DNA of 64,000 bases, taken from contig LSRY02000010.1 in NCBI GenBank assembly GCA_001643675.2, positions 744,001-808,000 of the forward strand, in the 5' to 3' direction. The position numbers were made by a program, and so were the translations under genes. Below are positions 49,300-63,200 of the stretch, piece after piece; position 1 is the first letter of the stretch; each line of letters begins with the position of its first letter. The notes beneath the pieces are model-generated. The model saw nothing but the letters and a program-made list of their open reading frames with translations, was not told the origin of the DNA and searched no databases. This DNA is from Monocercomonoides exilis PA203 (Eukaryota; Protista; Preaxostyla).

Positions 49300-51133
49300 C
49301 TATGTGTTGCAAAGATATTTTCATCTGTATCCTTTCTAAAGTGCAGGAATCCGAATTATTGTTGAAATGGCCAATCTCCGCTTTGGAGAGCAATACGATG
49401 GGAATGAAGCAGGTTATTATATGGCCATTGGATAACAAATGAAGTTACGGAAGATACATAATTTTCATAATTTTTATTTGGAGCAAGAGGTGAAAACAAA
49501 TTTAGATAATTTTTTTAAATAAAGATAAATGGACGGAATTCTGACAAAAGATGAACAACTGAAATTGTATAGTATTTTGGAACGCAAGACAGCGGAGCTG
49601 TTTTTGGATAAGGAAAGCAACTGGCAATATGGAAAGCTGGACATTTATTGAAAAAAGGGAAGGAGAAATGAAAAAAAGAACACCAAAATATCGGTTTTAT
49701 TTATAAGATTTTCCTGTTTCTCTGACTGCACCAGGCAGACATGGAAAGCGACGAATTTCTACTTTTGATTCCTTTTTTTTTTTCAAATGAAAAAAGAACA
49801 GCCAATTACTATACAACCTATTATCGAGCATTTTTTAACAATCAAACAACATACTGTCCAATTACATCTGGATTTCATTCTTCGAAGGGATAAACATTTT
49901 GAACAAGCAAGGAGATTATCATTCGAAGTTTGCTTTCTTCAACGCAACAGGCAACTGCAGAAAAATGCAGAATATTTGTGGTCAACCTCTTCAAGCGCAG
50001 CCATCCAGCGATTTTATTGTTATGCTCCATTTGCGTGGCATTGATGCGGAGTTGATTTGTGAGGACTTTGTTGCTACGTATTGGGTGCGCTGAAGTATTT
50101 GCAGAAGTTGGACAAGATGGCCATGTTTTCTCAGACGAACATTGAGAGTGAGCAATTTCTCTTGCAGCTGTTTAATTTGTTTATTTCTGATTGTTATGCT
50201 GTTGGCCTGTGTTTATCTTGCGTTGCGGCTTCTTAGAAATAGTTTTTTAAAAAATGAAGAATTTCATCAGATGTTGCTTACAACCGAACATATTTTCTGG
50301 AGCTGATTGAGTTCACTCTGCTGCTCATATACCAAAAAGTCGACTGATCTATCATTGCATTACTTCATCTTCTTGGCGAGTTGCAATAGTTATTGAAGCA
50401 GTGTCATTTTTTAAATGTGAAAGTGCTTCTGCAGCGCGTGGCAGCAAATGCAATGAGATTGGAGATTCAATTGTTTGTCAGTGGGAGTCAGCGGCGGTTG
50501 TGCAAGAAAAGCAAAAGAATGCTTCGATCAGATGCAGAATAAGGGAGACATTTGTTGTTGCAGCAGAACTGTGGAGGAAGGAAACGAACGAGAACTTAAG
50601 AAGGAGGAAGGAGGCAAATGAAAACAAACAAAGAAAAAGGAGTGGAAAAAGAGGAAGAGGAAGAAGATAAATTTGATCGATTCGAATGAACTGCAAAGAC
50701 TGCCTTCTCAAAAGAAATGCTTGAAAAAGAGTTGAAGAAAGAGCAAAAGAAGAAATAGAATCTGAAAGAGAAATGGAATGAAATGAATTCGATGATGCTC
50801 TTTGGAAGAGCTGAACGACAAAGGCGAACAAAGTTCATCTGCAGAAAAAGCAGACGTATTAACTGCATCGAATTTCACAATGGTAATCAACAGCTACAAC
50901 AGATGGAAGATTCATTCTTCGTTTCAATTAAAGAATTTGATGGACTTTCAAACAACAAATTCTCAAATGTGTCCCATCAGCCAAGAAAAAATATCGTCAA
51001 TGAAGATATTGAAAAAGAAGGAAGAAAATATGTTATCCGCAAAAATTCAACTTTTGCAGAAATCACTCTGAGAACTACGCTCAGAATAATAAAAAATATT
51101 GAATCAAATAAAAAAAGCATTGAAAAAAATTAG
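49300..51133 (+). pseudogene. Probable decayed gene remnant of unknown family
   Basis: Patches of coding-like composition (e.g. ELIEFTLLLIYQKVD*SIIALLHLLGELQ*, and a K/E-rich segment at 50570-50790) interrupted by stops and intron-like AT-rich gaps. No continuous ORF. Confidence 0.35.
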
Positions 51134-52045
51134 AAAAAAGTAATCATTGAACTGTTCATAAAAATTCCTCAAAAGCACACGCACACACATTCCATTCCAA
51201 CGCAAAAGCAGAAGATTGTTCGATCAGTGATTCGGTTATTACCATTTCCATTGCTTCGCATTGCTTCTTTCTCCTCCAAGCTTTTTCTTGAATTAATATT
51301 TAACTTTCAACGTTATCTCATGTTTCATTAATCAAAGCATTGCAACTCATTCGACTTTCGGTAAGTGGGCAGATAACGACCGGTAAAACTTTTCGATTTG
51401 TATGTTTTTATATATTTTGACTATTACTTATGAATGCAGTTATGATATTTCTAAAGTGGTTTTCGAATTTCAGTGATTCAAAGCTGAGAAAACCTATTTT
51501 TTTAATCCAACAGGATTTTTTATTTTGAAAACTTCCCCACCTTAAATAAAAAAAACCCTAATGAGTTGATTCTCTAATAAGTTTTCGTCAAATATAACCC
51601 TAATAAACACATTGACAATGGATAAATCTTTATTTCCAATCAAAACCTAAAAGAAAGTTTCTCTCTTATTTATCTTAGGGGTTTGATCATTAATTTTTGA
51701 TAACTCCTGCTTTTTAAATGCAGAAACTTTTCAGTTTTTTATATAATGTTTCTCCTATTTGAGAATTTTAACATCTGAAAATAGGTTTTTCAAGGTCAAT
51801 AGTTCTTCTTTGAGACAATTTTTTACGGGTCGCTATGTACCCTCTTACCAAAAGAACCTCTTCTTCATCATCATTCGACTTGAATTTTTGTTCAGCTTTA
51901 ACTCATCAAAATGAAGCGGGATTAAAAATAATACTTTTTAATAAAAAAAAATGCTTTCAAAAAACTGTAAGTTTTCTATTTTTAAGAAATGATGAAAAAA
52001 GAGAAAATGAACATTAGAGAATCAAAATTTGAGCGCTTCATTTTC

Positions 52046-53457
52046 TCAAACATTCACAAAATAATCTGAAATATCTAATGACATAGAATATATATTTTTA
52101 TTGTTAAGGAAGCCAAATATTTCATGGAAACAAACAATAATATCTTCATATCCCTCTTCTTCCATCTTATCAAAAACTTTTCTTTTCAAGACTTTCCTTT
52201 CCTCTTTTCCCTTTTCGCCTTTTTCCTTCTCTTCTTTCAATTTCTTTGAAATATTCATAAAAATCATCAAGCTTTCATATGTCATTTCGTCATCCAACAT
52301 TGGCCGCTGAATCACCTCCAAAACAGCATCAATGGCTCTGCCTTTCAATAAGTCATCAGTCTTCATCGCTCTGCTTTTCCCTGCACTTCCAAATATGCAA
52401 ATGCATTTTCTGCTAATTTCCATGTAATTCGCCTTCGCTGCTCTGAACACTTGAACAATGCTGTCAATTAGTAAAGCATATTCTTCATTCCTCGATCTAC
52501 AAAAGCAAAAGAAAGAATCCAGCGTGATGAACCATCTCATCAAAACAAGAACTTCTTTCGTTTCTTCTTTTCTTTTCCAACTCACACACTTTGAAAGCTC
52601 TTCCAATTCTCTTATTGCTTCTCTCACAAAATGCAGTTCATTCACAATAATGTCTTTTAAGCTTCCATCGCTCCAAAATCTCAAGATCAAAAACTGCCAA
52701 GCCGATTGATAGGCAAGCCGAGTTAAATTATGATGCTCTTGACAATACTTGATGATCTCTGCTATTTCGTCCAAATACAATTTTCTTTCAATGTACTATT
52801 CAAAAGCAAGAAAGATACAAAGGCATGAAAAATGAAACAAAAATTCTCATACACAATTTCTCAAACGTCTCAGCGTTATCAAAGTCATTTCCACTTCTTT
52901 TTGTTTTGTCTCGTTTATTTCCTTTATCGATGCAGCTTTCAGAAGATGAGGCACGCAAATTGAAAGTGAATCAAATGAAATGTAGCCACTTAGGGAAATA
53001 TAGCATTCGCAGAGATCAATTATCAGCTTTTCATTCTTTCCTTCTTTTTTCATTTCTTCATCAAAGATCATATTCTCAAATCTTTTAAACAACGAATATG
53101 TGCAAAGGCTTTCATTCCAAACATTTTCCATTGCAGCGCAGTACCCAATATGCTTCAATAACCAAATGACATTATCCAGAGATATTTTCTTTTCTCCAAT
53201 CATTTTGTCAACTCTATCGAAAAGCTCTGCTGTGAGAATAGAATCAAGTTCTTCTTTGTTCATCTCGTCCATGAGTTTATTTAGTTCCTCGATTTTCAGT
53301 TTCTGCTCTTCCTCGCTGAAGCGTTCCAGTTCATAAAATGATTCTGCAAGAAAAAAATCAAGAAAAACAGTCATCCAGAACTCAAACTCGGCAATAATTG
53401 CGCACCAGTGAATTTGCTACAGATGCTCTTCCCCTGCATTTTTGAAATGCATTGCAT
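52046..53457 (-). CDS. Hypothetical helical (ARM-like) protein of the same expanded family, 3 exons, copy 2
   Basis: First exon M(QCISKM)QGKSICSKFT followed by GT, then ORFs 52847-53374 and 52046-52780. Collinear with copy 1 with similar intron positions. Confidence 0.8.
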
Positions 53458-54291
53458 TCAGAAAACAACACAATTTTGTTATTCGTATCGAATTCGCATG
53501 TGTTTGGAAAGAAGAAAATGTTGGAAAATAAAAATGTTTAATATGAATGAAATCAATAGCGTTCGCACCATCATTTTTTGTATTTGAATTTTTGACAAGA
53601 TAATAAAAAGATAAACAAGGTTTTATCTTCTATTGGCTTGTTGTTATGGATATATTGATCAAGTTGAGTTTTTGTAATAAAAAATTTTCAAAGGTTTAAT
53701 GAGAGAAGATCGAATTTTCATTTGTTGAAGATTGGCATATATTAAAACAAGTGATTGTTTTGAACATCAGTATTTCGAAAATATTGTCAAAAAAAAAAAA
53801 AAAAAAAGAAAAAGCAGAACTGATGGATACACAATTTTCTTTTTTTTTCCAATGTCCCAAAAAATAATTGTTACGGAATGTCGAGCAACAATGAAACGTG
53901 TGCTTTTATTTCTGAAAGTTCATTTTTTCTTTATTTCAAAGGTGGATTAAGAAAAAAAAAAAATAACTCTTATAAATGATTAAACTATACATATTAATAA
54001 ACAACTTTTTATCGTCGCCATAGCAACTGAAATGTTGCCTGCTTATCTTTTGCTAATAACTTATAAATCATTAGATTAAAACGCAAATTGCAAAATGAAG
54101 TACAAAATAAAATAAGCAATGGCCGAACATCATGTGTGCAAAACAATCTGATCATGAAAATTCACGAGAAATAAAAAAGTGTTTAATATTCTTATTAATT
54201 TTAATTTGTGCAACGATGTTCGATAAATCATTGTTTTGGAAGCTTTTCTCTTGGAAAGTACTTTATCATAAATATTTTTCTTTCATTTTTT

Positions 54292-57200
54292 TTATAAAAA
54301 TACAACTATAATGCTGATATTGTCAGATGAATCAAGTGATTCTGCAGATGATCTAAGTCTGAGTGCTCCTAATTCAGCCAATTTTCCTTTTGAAACGCGG
54401 TTACATCGACATCGAAACTGCTTTGATTGTCTGAACGTGCGCCTGCTTTCACTCTTTCTTTTTGAAGCATCTTTGCAAATGTTTAAATCATCACTTTGTT
54501 CATGGAAATGGAATGATTGCTCACAATTTGGCATTTTCCCTCCGTTTTCATTTGTTGATTCGGGAACCAGAATTGGTTCGAATTGCTCTTCATTTGTATT
54601 CTTTGCTGATGGAGCCAATTTAAAATCTATTTTTGAGTCTTTTGAACAAGAATAATTTGATCCAACTTGTTCTGTTTCATCATCATCTATATACTCAACG
54701 GTTCCATCAGAATCTTCATATAATGCATTTGATCTTTCTTCTCCTTCATTCTCCATGCTTGAGTCATCTCTGTTCATATCATATTGGTCGTCATCAAATA
54801 ATGGATCTTCAAATGCTCCGTGATCTCCGTTTGCCATCCATGGACATACAAGCTCTGCAATCAATTCGTTGCTCGCAACATCAAACAAACCATCACATCC
54901 AATCACAATAGCAACGTCCTCTCTCTTTATAACTTTTTCAACACGGAAAGAACTATTGGTGTAACGACATTGTTTTGCTTGTAAGTTTTGATGAGTTATT
55001 TTTTCTGATTGAGAACTTAATGAATCTTGGTACCTTCTATCAGCCTTTTTTGAATTACTGCTATTGATATCGCATGTGTCTTTTGAGGATGCTTCATAGT
55101 TTTTTTGAGGAAAATAATTTGAATGAGAAATGGGGAGAGCAAATTGAGGGCGCAATGGTAAAACATCATGAAGTTCAGAAGGAAGAGGGGCAAGTGGCCT
55201 AAGGTAAGAATTCAAAGCCGATGATAGCAACGGAGGGATAAATGAAGAGAAATGATTAAAATGTGAGTATGGATTGGATTTTTGCCTTATGATGACAGAA
55301 TAAGGTGCAGAAGCAGATGATGAACAAGTAAAATTCATATCAGAATAGGTAGATATTTCTGTCTCGTTTGTGGCTTGTGTTCCAGCAATAGATGGATTTT
55401 TTGAAGTTGATAAACCATCAACATGCAAACTATCAGATGGCAAATCATCAAATACTGTTTCGTTTTTCTTCTGAGATGCAACAATCAATTTTGTCGTTGC
55501 TGTAGAGAAAGACGAACTTTTAGCTTCTGTTTCTTTCACATGTCTAATGTGTTTTTTCTGTAACAATTTTTCAATTCGATCGTCTTTTTTATCATTATTA
55601 AATTTATGACCTTTGTCCGCATGATGTTCCTTTTTCAGATTCTTTTTTACTTTTAGTTTCTTTGTGTCAATATTTTCTTCAGTGGTTGAGGATTCATTGT
55701 AATCTTCAGTCTCTGAAGATGACCATCCGTTGTCTAAATACAATGAATCGCCTTTGTTCTCTCTTCTTCTTTTCTTCTTTTCTCCGTTTTCTTTATCTTT
55801 TGGATCGTTTTCTTTATCTCCCATCGCATTAATTACCCACTCGCAAGACGCAGGAGCACATCCAATATGAAGCCCCTTCCATCGGCTTAATGAAAATATA
55901 CTAACATCAGCTTCATCAGAAACGGAAGGCTGTGCATCAACATCTCCCATTGCTCTTGGAACAGCAAGAATGTTGCCAACTCTTCTGTCAGAAGAGACAA
56001 ATCCTCCGACAGATTTAATCATGTTGAGCTCACGGCGGAGTTGGGGTTTATGATCTATGGTCAACTGCTTTGCACATACGAAAGCAGAAAAATGAGGATT
56101 GAATCCGGAACAATCTGAGATTGAGCATGATTGATCTTCATCATAATTTGATGCATTTTGAATGTTGGGATCATAACTTCTTTGACTTTCTGGAGATTTT
56201 AGAATGGAGTAATTATCTTCTGGTTTTGAGTGAGGAGAAGGCCAAATAGGAGGTGATAAAAAGTCTGTAAGTGGAGGTGAGTTTATTCTAAGTGTATCCT
56301 GAAAAAGATGGTCATTTGCATCGAATGAAAACGTGTCAGTAGGAGGATTTGTCGAAGGAATAATTGCGAATGGCTTCATTAAAGTCTGAGTTGTCGATTG
56401 TTCATGAGAGGATGCTTGACACAATTCTGATGGGGCAGCATCTGTCGTATGCCTATTACTCGTTGATCTGTCTTGTGATGCTGAGACAGAAGCTGAATGA
56501 CAATGCTTTGAATCAAATGCATCACGTTCTTGCGATTTTCGATTTCGACATTCGTCTTGTGAAACACAGATTTTTGGTTTAGGAGGAAGGATGCTTGTTC
56601 CGCACTGGTGAAAAAGAGTGGGACAAAACATCGAATGCAACCTTGTGGAAAAATACGTTCTGGTTTTAATGCGATTCTTTTTTGGATTTTCAGTGATTAC
56701 CGTCTTCTTTTCGAGCTCAGAAGATGCTTGGTTTTGAAGCTCTTTGGGATTTTGTAATGAATTTTGAAAAGGAGTTTGTTTTGTTTCATAAATGATATTT
56801 TGTTTGCATTTATCGTCTTTGGATTTGTTGTCTATCTCACAAATATCTGTTGCATTTTTTTCAATAACCTTTTTATCTGCCCCTTCCACAATTTCGCTGA
56901 TTTCAAATTCATTTTCTTTATTCTGTTTTTTCTCTTTCTCATCGATCATTCTTTCTCTTGTCATCTGAACAAATCTAGAGACCAGTACCACACGCGAATC
57001 GCCGATGTTCAGCGAAAAAACACGCTGTGGTGTAATCACTGCAAGCGCAGCACATGCTCCATCCAGCAGTCCAGCAGACAAAGAAAGCTGTGCAGAAAGC
57101 AATGCAAAAGTACGCCGTAGCACACGAACAAGAAAGGGCTGTTTTTTGATCTCTTCTGATGGATCTTTGTTTGGTAAATCGTTTGAATTGCTTGATGATT

Positions 57201-60200
57201 GCTCTGAATGGCATTGAATATTCAAAGGAGCATTTGAAGTTTCATCGGACAAAGCGGCTGATTTGTCAGATGAATTTTCGTGTTTCTTATCAACAGTTGT
57301 TTCTTGACAAGGTTGTTCTTGCGGAGACGCTTCAAATGAATCTGAAGGCGCGTCAAGTTGATTTTCAGTAATTAGCGGCATTGGCCTGACTTCATCTTCT
57401 TCTTTATTCTTTTCCACGTTTAATGAATCTCTGTTTTTATTACTTTCTGCTGCATTTTCTAATATCTTTTCTTCCTCCTCGATTATTCTGTCTTCCTCTT
57501 CCTCCTCTTTTATTCTCTTCATTCTTCTCCTTTTTTTCCCTTTTGCTGCGCAGACACTCAGAAAACATTCCGCAAAGTGCGACGCTAAATACATCGCTGT
57601 ATCGCTTCCTCTATGGCCATCAAACACTCCATAAATGCCACATCCCTTCAGCTTCTTGTCAAAATATGGAATTGGAGGAATTATTCCCTTTGATTCAGTG
57701 GATAAAGGTTGTGAATTAGGTGAAGGTCTATTTGCAGACGAAGAATTCGGAACTTCTGAAAGAGAGGCAGTCTCATTTGAAGCAGGCTTCTGTGTATAAA
57801 GAGACTCTGTTTCATCGACGAGCTCGAATTCATCCGTGTCGAGTGTTTCTTCATAGGATTGACCAGAGTTTGCCTGGTCTTTCTTTCCTTCCTCTCTTTT
57901 CCTTCTCCATTCTTTTCTCTTTCTTTCCATCCTTTCCTTCTTCCTTCTCTCCTTCTCTCTCATCCTCCTTGCCCATATCTCAGCCTCTCTGTCCTCCAGT
58001 GCCTTCATACCTTTCTCAGTAAACCTCAGCTCCTGCGGATATTTCAATATGCGAGCCAAAATTCCCACTTCTCCATCGCACACAAGCTTCTCAATGTCCC
58101 ATCCATCAACAGGCAGCAGCAGCACACTGTCTTCCATAGTGCTTCTCTGCCCGCACGTCTCAGCGCAGCCGACCCAGTGGTGGAGAAGAGAAGGAAGGGT
58201 GGGGCGGGGCGAGCACGGTGGTTCTTGAAGAACAGAAGAAGAAGAAGAAGAAGAAGAAGAAGCTGACGAAGAAGAACGTGCAACTGCAGATGAATGTGGA
58301 GAAGAGGTCGAAATGGTCAGTCGAGCCTTTGCGGAAGAAGGTGGTGAAGGTTTTGCAGCTGGTTTTGAAGAAGCTTTTGGATGGGAAGCAACAACGCCCG
58401 TTGGTTGATCCTCTGCATCGTCTTCGTTTTCTTCGTGTGTCGTTTCAGGAGAACTGTGAGTTGGTGCATTTTTGGCTTCATTTTCGCTTTTTTTCTTTTC
58501 TTTACCATTTCCTTTCTCATATTTCTTTTCAGAAGAAATAGAATGAGAAAGCAGGCTTGATGAAGATGGAGAAGAGGACAATGAAGATGAAGAGGAAGAA
58601 GAAGAAGCAGTGGAAGAAGTGGACACCAAAGAAGAAGGCGAAAGAGACGAGTTCCGCTTCTGAGTTGCTGCTGGCTTCCTCTTCTGCCTTTTGATTTCTG
58701 CAGCATTTTGCGAGAGGGTTGAGTGTGGATGTGCAATTGAGATTGGTTTGAGGGTATGGCTGCTGTGCTTCTTGTGTATCTGTGCAAGTGGCTGGCGGGG
58801 ATGAGGAGATTGTTTGATCACAGTTGTATTTTGAGAGGCTGAAGAAGAAGAAGATGATGATGATGATGCGGTTGGTACAGCTGTTGAGGAAGAAGATAAG
58901 GCAGTTGTTGATGAGCTGGGTTTTGAATGAGATGACTTTGAGGAATGAGAATGCGAATGAGGCTTTGAAGAAGAAGAAGCAAACGTGTTTGGAGATGGTA
59001 AAGAAGGCTGCGAAACTTCAGCTTCACTACTATTAGCAGAAGAAATTAAAGAAGAAGCCGAAGCAGAAGAAGAAGTATCTTCTTTGTTTGTTTGCTGTGT
59101 TTGTAAGTTTTCTTTGTATTTCACAAGATATTCATCAAACAGCATGCTTTTCTGCAAAGGAGTAGAAGAAGAAGCAAAATGAGCTCTCAAATTAAACATC
59201 GAAAAACGCCTTCGCATTTTCACTTCGCTTTTGCTCCGAATGTTTTTGTTCTTTTTAAACGCAATTTTCTTCTTGTTCTTCTTTTTCTTTTTCTTTTGTT
59301 GTTCTTTTGAAGAAGACAAGTTTTCTGAATTGTCATCTTCTCCTTCTTCTGCAGCTAAAAATGTGCCTTTATTGGGAAACACATCTGCAAAGCTTCCAAA
59401 TTGAACAGCCTGCCTGTCAAAATACAGATCATCTCGAATCGACAGCTCCTTCATCATCCAAACAACAAGAGGCGATTCAGCATTCTCCTTCATCCACACC
59501 TTCCTCTGCTTCGCTCCGCTTTTGAAATTCGATTCGCTTCTCTCAGTCTTCTTCTTCTTCAGATACGAGACAAATGCCTCCCGCTTCTTCTCAGCCTGCT
59601 CCAGTGCCTTCTTCTGCTCGTCTTCGAGCTTTTCCCGCTCTTTCTCTGAGTTCTCCTTCTCTTCCTCCAGCAGCTCCTCTCTCTCCTTCTCTGCCTCTTC
59701 CTTCTGCATCTTCTCCATCTTCTGCTGCATCGCTTTCTCCTCCTCAATTCGGTCGATTCGACTTGGAATGGCTGACAATTTTGGCTCAGGAAAGCAGTGT
59801 GGGCAAAGGAACGGACGCTGTGAGGCAGAAGAAAGCGAAGAGGGAAGAGAGGAAGAAGGAACAGGATGCCACATTTGATGTGTGGGAGATGGGGTGCAGG
59901 TGGAAGAAGGAGATAAAGAGCACATTGAAAGAGAAGGTGAAAGTGATGTTGGTGAAGAAGGCAAAGCATTGACAATCTGATTGTTATCAGATGAAATTGG
60001 CGTGGATGGTGAAGAAGGAGATGATGAAGATAAGGAAGAAGAAGAGTAGGATGCTGCTAGAGTTTGCTGGGGTGTTGACTGAAGAGTCTGATTCGGTCCA
60101 ACTGATGTTGTGTTAATAGCATTTTGCTGGTAAAAAGGCAAGTTTTTCATTCTTTCTGCTTCTCTTTCTCTTTCTTCTCTCAGCTTCCTTTCTTTTATTC

Positions 60201-63200
60201 GCCTCAATCTTTCGTCTATTTCCTTCTTTGCCTTCATCAAATACTCCTTTCTCTCCTTCTTCCTTTCGTACTCCTCCTCTTCCACTCCTCTCACCACATC
60301 CACATCTTTCACTTCCTCCTCAAACCACTTGTCATCTGCCGGTGCAATATCACCAGCTGACATCAGAGTCAGGATCCTTTCAGGTGTCAATGATGAATAT
60401 AGAGAAAGAGAATCTGTGTTCTTCTTCTCCTCTTTCCTCCGCTTCATCCCTTCCAGCGTCGCAAGAAGGCTGCTTCGTGGAGCCTTTGTGGGTTTGCTGG
60501 CACTTTGTGGAGAAATCAATGATGAAATTTGAGGGGAGGATGAAGAAGATGCTTGTGATTGAGAAATGGATGGAGTTAATGATTTGTTTGCAGTTGTGTT
60601 CTTTGACCCGAAGTAATAATCTTCGTCTTCTTGGAACAGAACCATGTCATCTTTGCTGCATTTCTTCCTTTTCGCTGTCATTTTGGATTCATCCTTTTGA
60701 TCGCGGAAAAACGTCTTACTGCTCCGAGAAGAGGAAGAAGATGTTGAAGATGAAGAAGAAGAAGATGATGATGATGAAGCAACTGAAGATGTATCACGAG
60801 CACGTCTGCTTTTCTTCGAAGCAGACTTCGACGCTTCAGACTCACTCCCGTTCAGTACACTCAGTTCGCTTTTCCTTCTCTCTTCTTCCTCTTCGTCTTC
60901 AACACAAAATGACCCATCTCCTCTTCTGCTCCTCCTCATTGCATTAGCCCCTGCTTCTTCTGCCTCCCTCATTTGTTGAATGGAACTCAAAAACTCTTCG
61001 TCTGCCACAACTTTCCCAGACAGCAGCCATTCTTCGCAGGAAGGAATAACAAGAGATGTTCTGCCTCCATCAAATGACTCCAAATGGATAACTCGATCTA
61101 CTTTGCTTTTGGAAGTGCTGTCTTTCTCTGTCTTCAAAGAATCCTCATGTTCAATTCCTTTATCTTTCTCTTTTTCTCTTTCTCTCTCTCTTTCATTCAT
61201 TTGCTCCTTCTCGTACGCATTCCTCATTTTCTTCCTGTTGATCTCTCTTTCTTTTCTTCCCAGCAGCTGCCTGATGAACTCTGCCTCAAACAGAGGAGCA
61301 CCCGCATAGCAGTAGAAGGGCGGATGAAAAAGTGGAGCGACCGAAGAAGAAGAACACCTCAGAGTGAATGGGAGCGTGTGGGCAATTGAAAGAAGGCGCA
61401 GGTTTTGATGAGTGCGGGAGTGGAGAAAGAGGCTGCTGAGACGAGGGCGGAGGCGGTAGATGGAAAGAGGAGAGGAAGAAGAGAGAGGATAAGGAAGCGA
61501 TGCAATGATTGAACTGATGCTTGGCTCGCTGTCATCAAAGGAAGTATTCACAGAGGCAGCTGAAGAAGAAGGAGGTGGAGGAGGAGAGAGAGATGCTGCT
61601 GAAGAGCTTGTAGAAACAGAAGAAGAGGAACTTGTTGATGATGAAGAGAAAGAAGACGAATTTGAAGCCATTCCAAATGTTGTTGTTTGAGCATTTGCTG
61701 CTCGATAAATCTGTTTGTTTTTGTGGAAATACGGATGAATGGCGATTGTGGGGACGATCATTCCCCCTCTCTCTTTCCTCTCCCGCTCTTCTTCTGCCCT
61801 TTCTTCTTCAAAGTCATCCAAGTCCAAAATGTCGTATCGAGTGCCTGAAACATCATAGCTCAGTTCGTTGAGCCTTCCTTCTCCCCCAAAAGACGATGCA
61901 GAAACTGGAGAATGGCGCACCAGCGAAGAACGAGGCGATGAGTTTTCAGTCAATTCCTTGTCCTCCTTTGCATGTTTTGTCTTTGATGTTTTGTCTTTGT
62001 TCTCTGTCAGCTTCTTCAGCCTCTCTCTTTCTGAGATCAGATCCTCCAGCGACTCAAAGTAGATGTCCATTTCTCTGCCCCACTTCACTCCACCCACATA
62101 ATTGAATGAAACATCAATGTACGGAGTGAATAAGGCATTTTGCGAAGAAATCTGTGATTGTGCTGTTGAAGAAGGAGAATGAGAAAACGATGAAAATGAT
62201 GATGTTTGTGCTTTTCCTTTTGTGCATCCACTCCCATCTTCATCGTCTGCTCCTGTACTGTCTGGAAGATACTGTCTTCTAAAGTTCCTCAGCGCCACTA
62301 CTTTCGCCTTCTCCCTCTCTGCCTTGATTCTTGCCTCTTCTGCCTCTCTCCTCTTATTCTCCTCGTCTCTTCGGAGAATCTCTGCTGCTTCGGCCGCAGC
62401 TCTTTCTTCGACTGAATGTGCACCCCGATTCAGCTGGCTACTGTTGCGCGAGGATAAAAGTGAGGAAGACGTGGAAGATGTGAAGAAGTCCTTCAGAGTT
62501 GAGAAAAAACCGCTTTTCTTTTTGGGCTGTGTCGAGGGAAGAGGAGTTGAGTGGGGCAAGTGCGACTGAGAAGAAAAAGAAGAGGGGGAAGAGGAAGAAA
62601 GAGAAGGAGAAGGATGTGATATAGAAGGGGTGTATGCTGATGTGATTGTGGTTGCATAAGTGTTTGTGAATGGATTGGATGAAGATTGCGCTGATGTGGC
62701 AGAAGCAGGCGAAGTGGAGAAAGAGAAGGAGAAAGAAGACAAAGAAGGAGATGAGGATGAAGAAGAAGATGATGATGATGAATGATGTTGTGTGGCGACT
62801 GATGAAATGGTGTTTTGTGTGAGTGAAGATCCAGTTGCCTGCTGATTTGCTATTTCTAAATTTGAATTGAGCTTTTCTGTTTCGTTTGCGGAAGTTGAAA
62901 CCCTTTTTCGCAGAGTCGTCTTTTTCAGTTCACCATCAATGAGCGATTCCAATTCAGAAGACAAATAATCAGAGTAAGGCAGATGCAGATGCTGAGACAG
63001 ACGAAGCGACTGAGTCTGTTTTGACTGTGAAGAAGGCTGAATTTGTGACTTGTTGCGAGGAGAAGATGAGATGGCATTCAAATTGGCATTGCCATTTTCT
63101 GCTCCTTCTTCTGTTTCATTGGAATTATCACTTGAGTTCTGGTTGTTTGCTTCTTCGCTTTTCATTTCTGGTGCCATTTGTGCCTGTGGCTGCAAAGAAG

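Noticed and set aside
51552-51680. Interstitial telomeric array
   Set aside because: Only isolated CCCTAA/TTAGGG hexamers are present, not tandem repeats.
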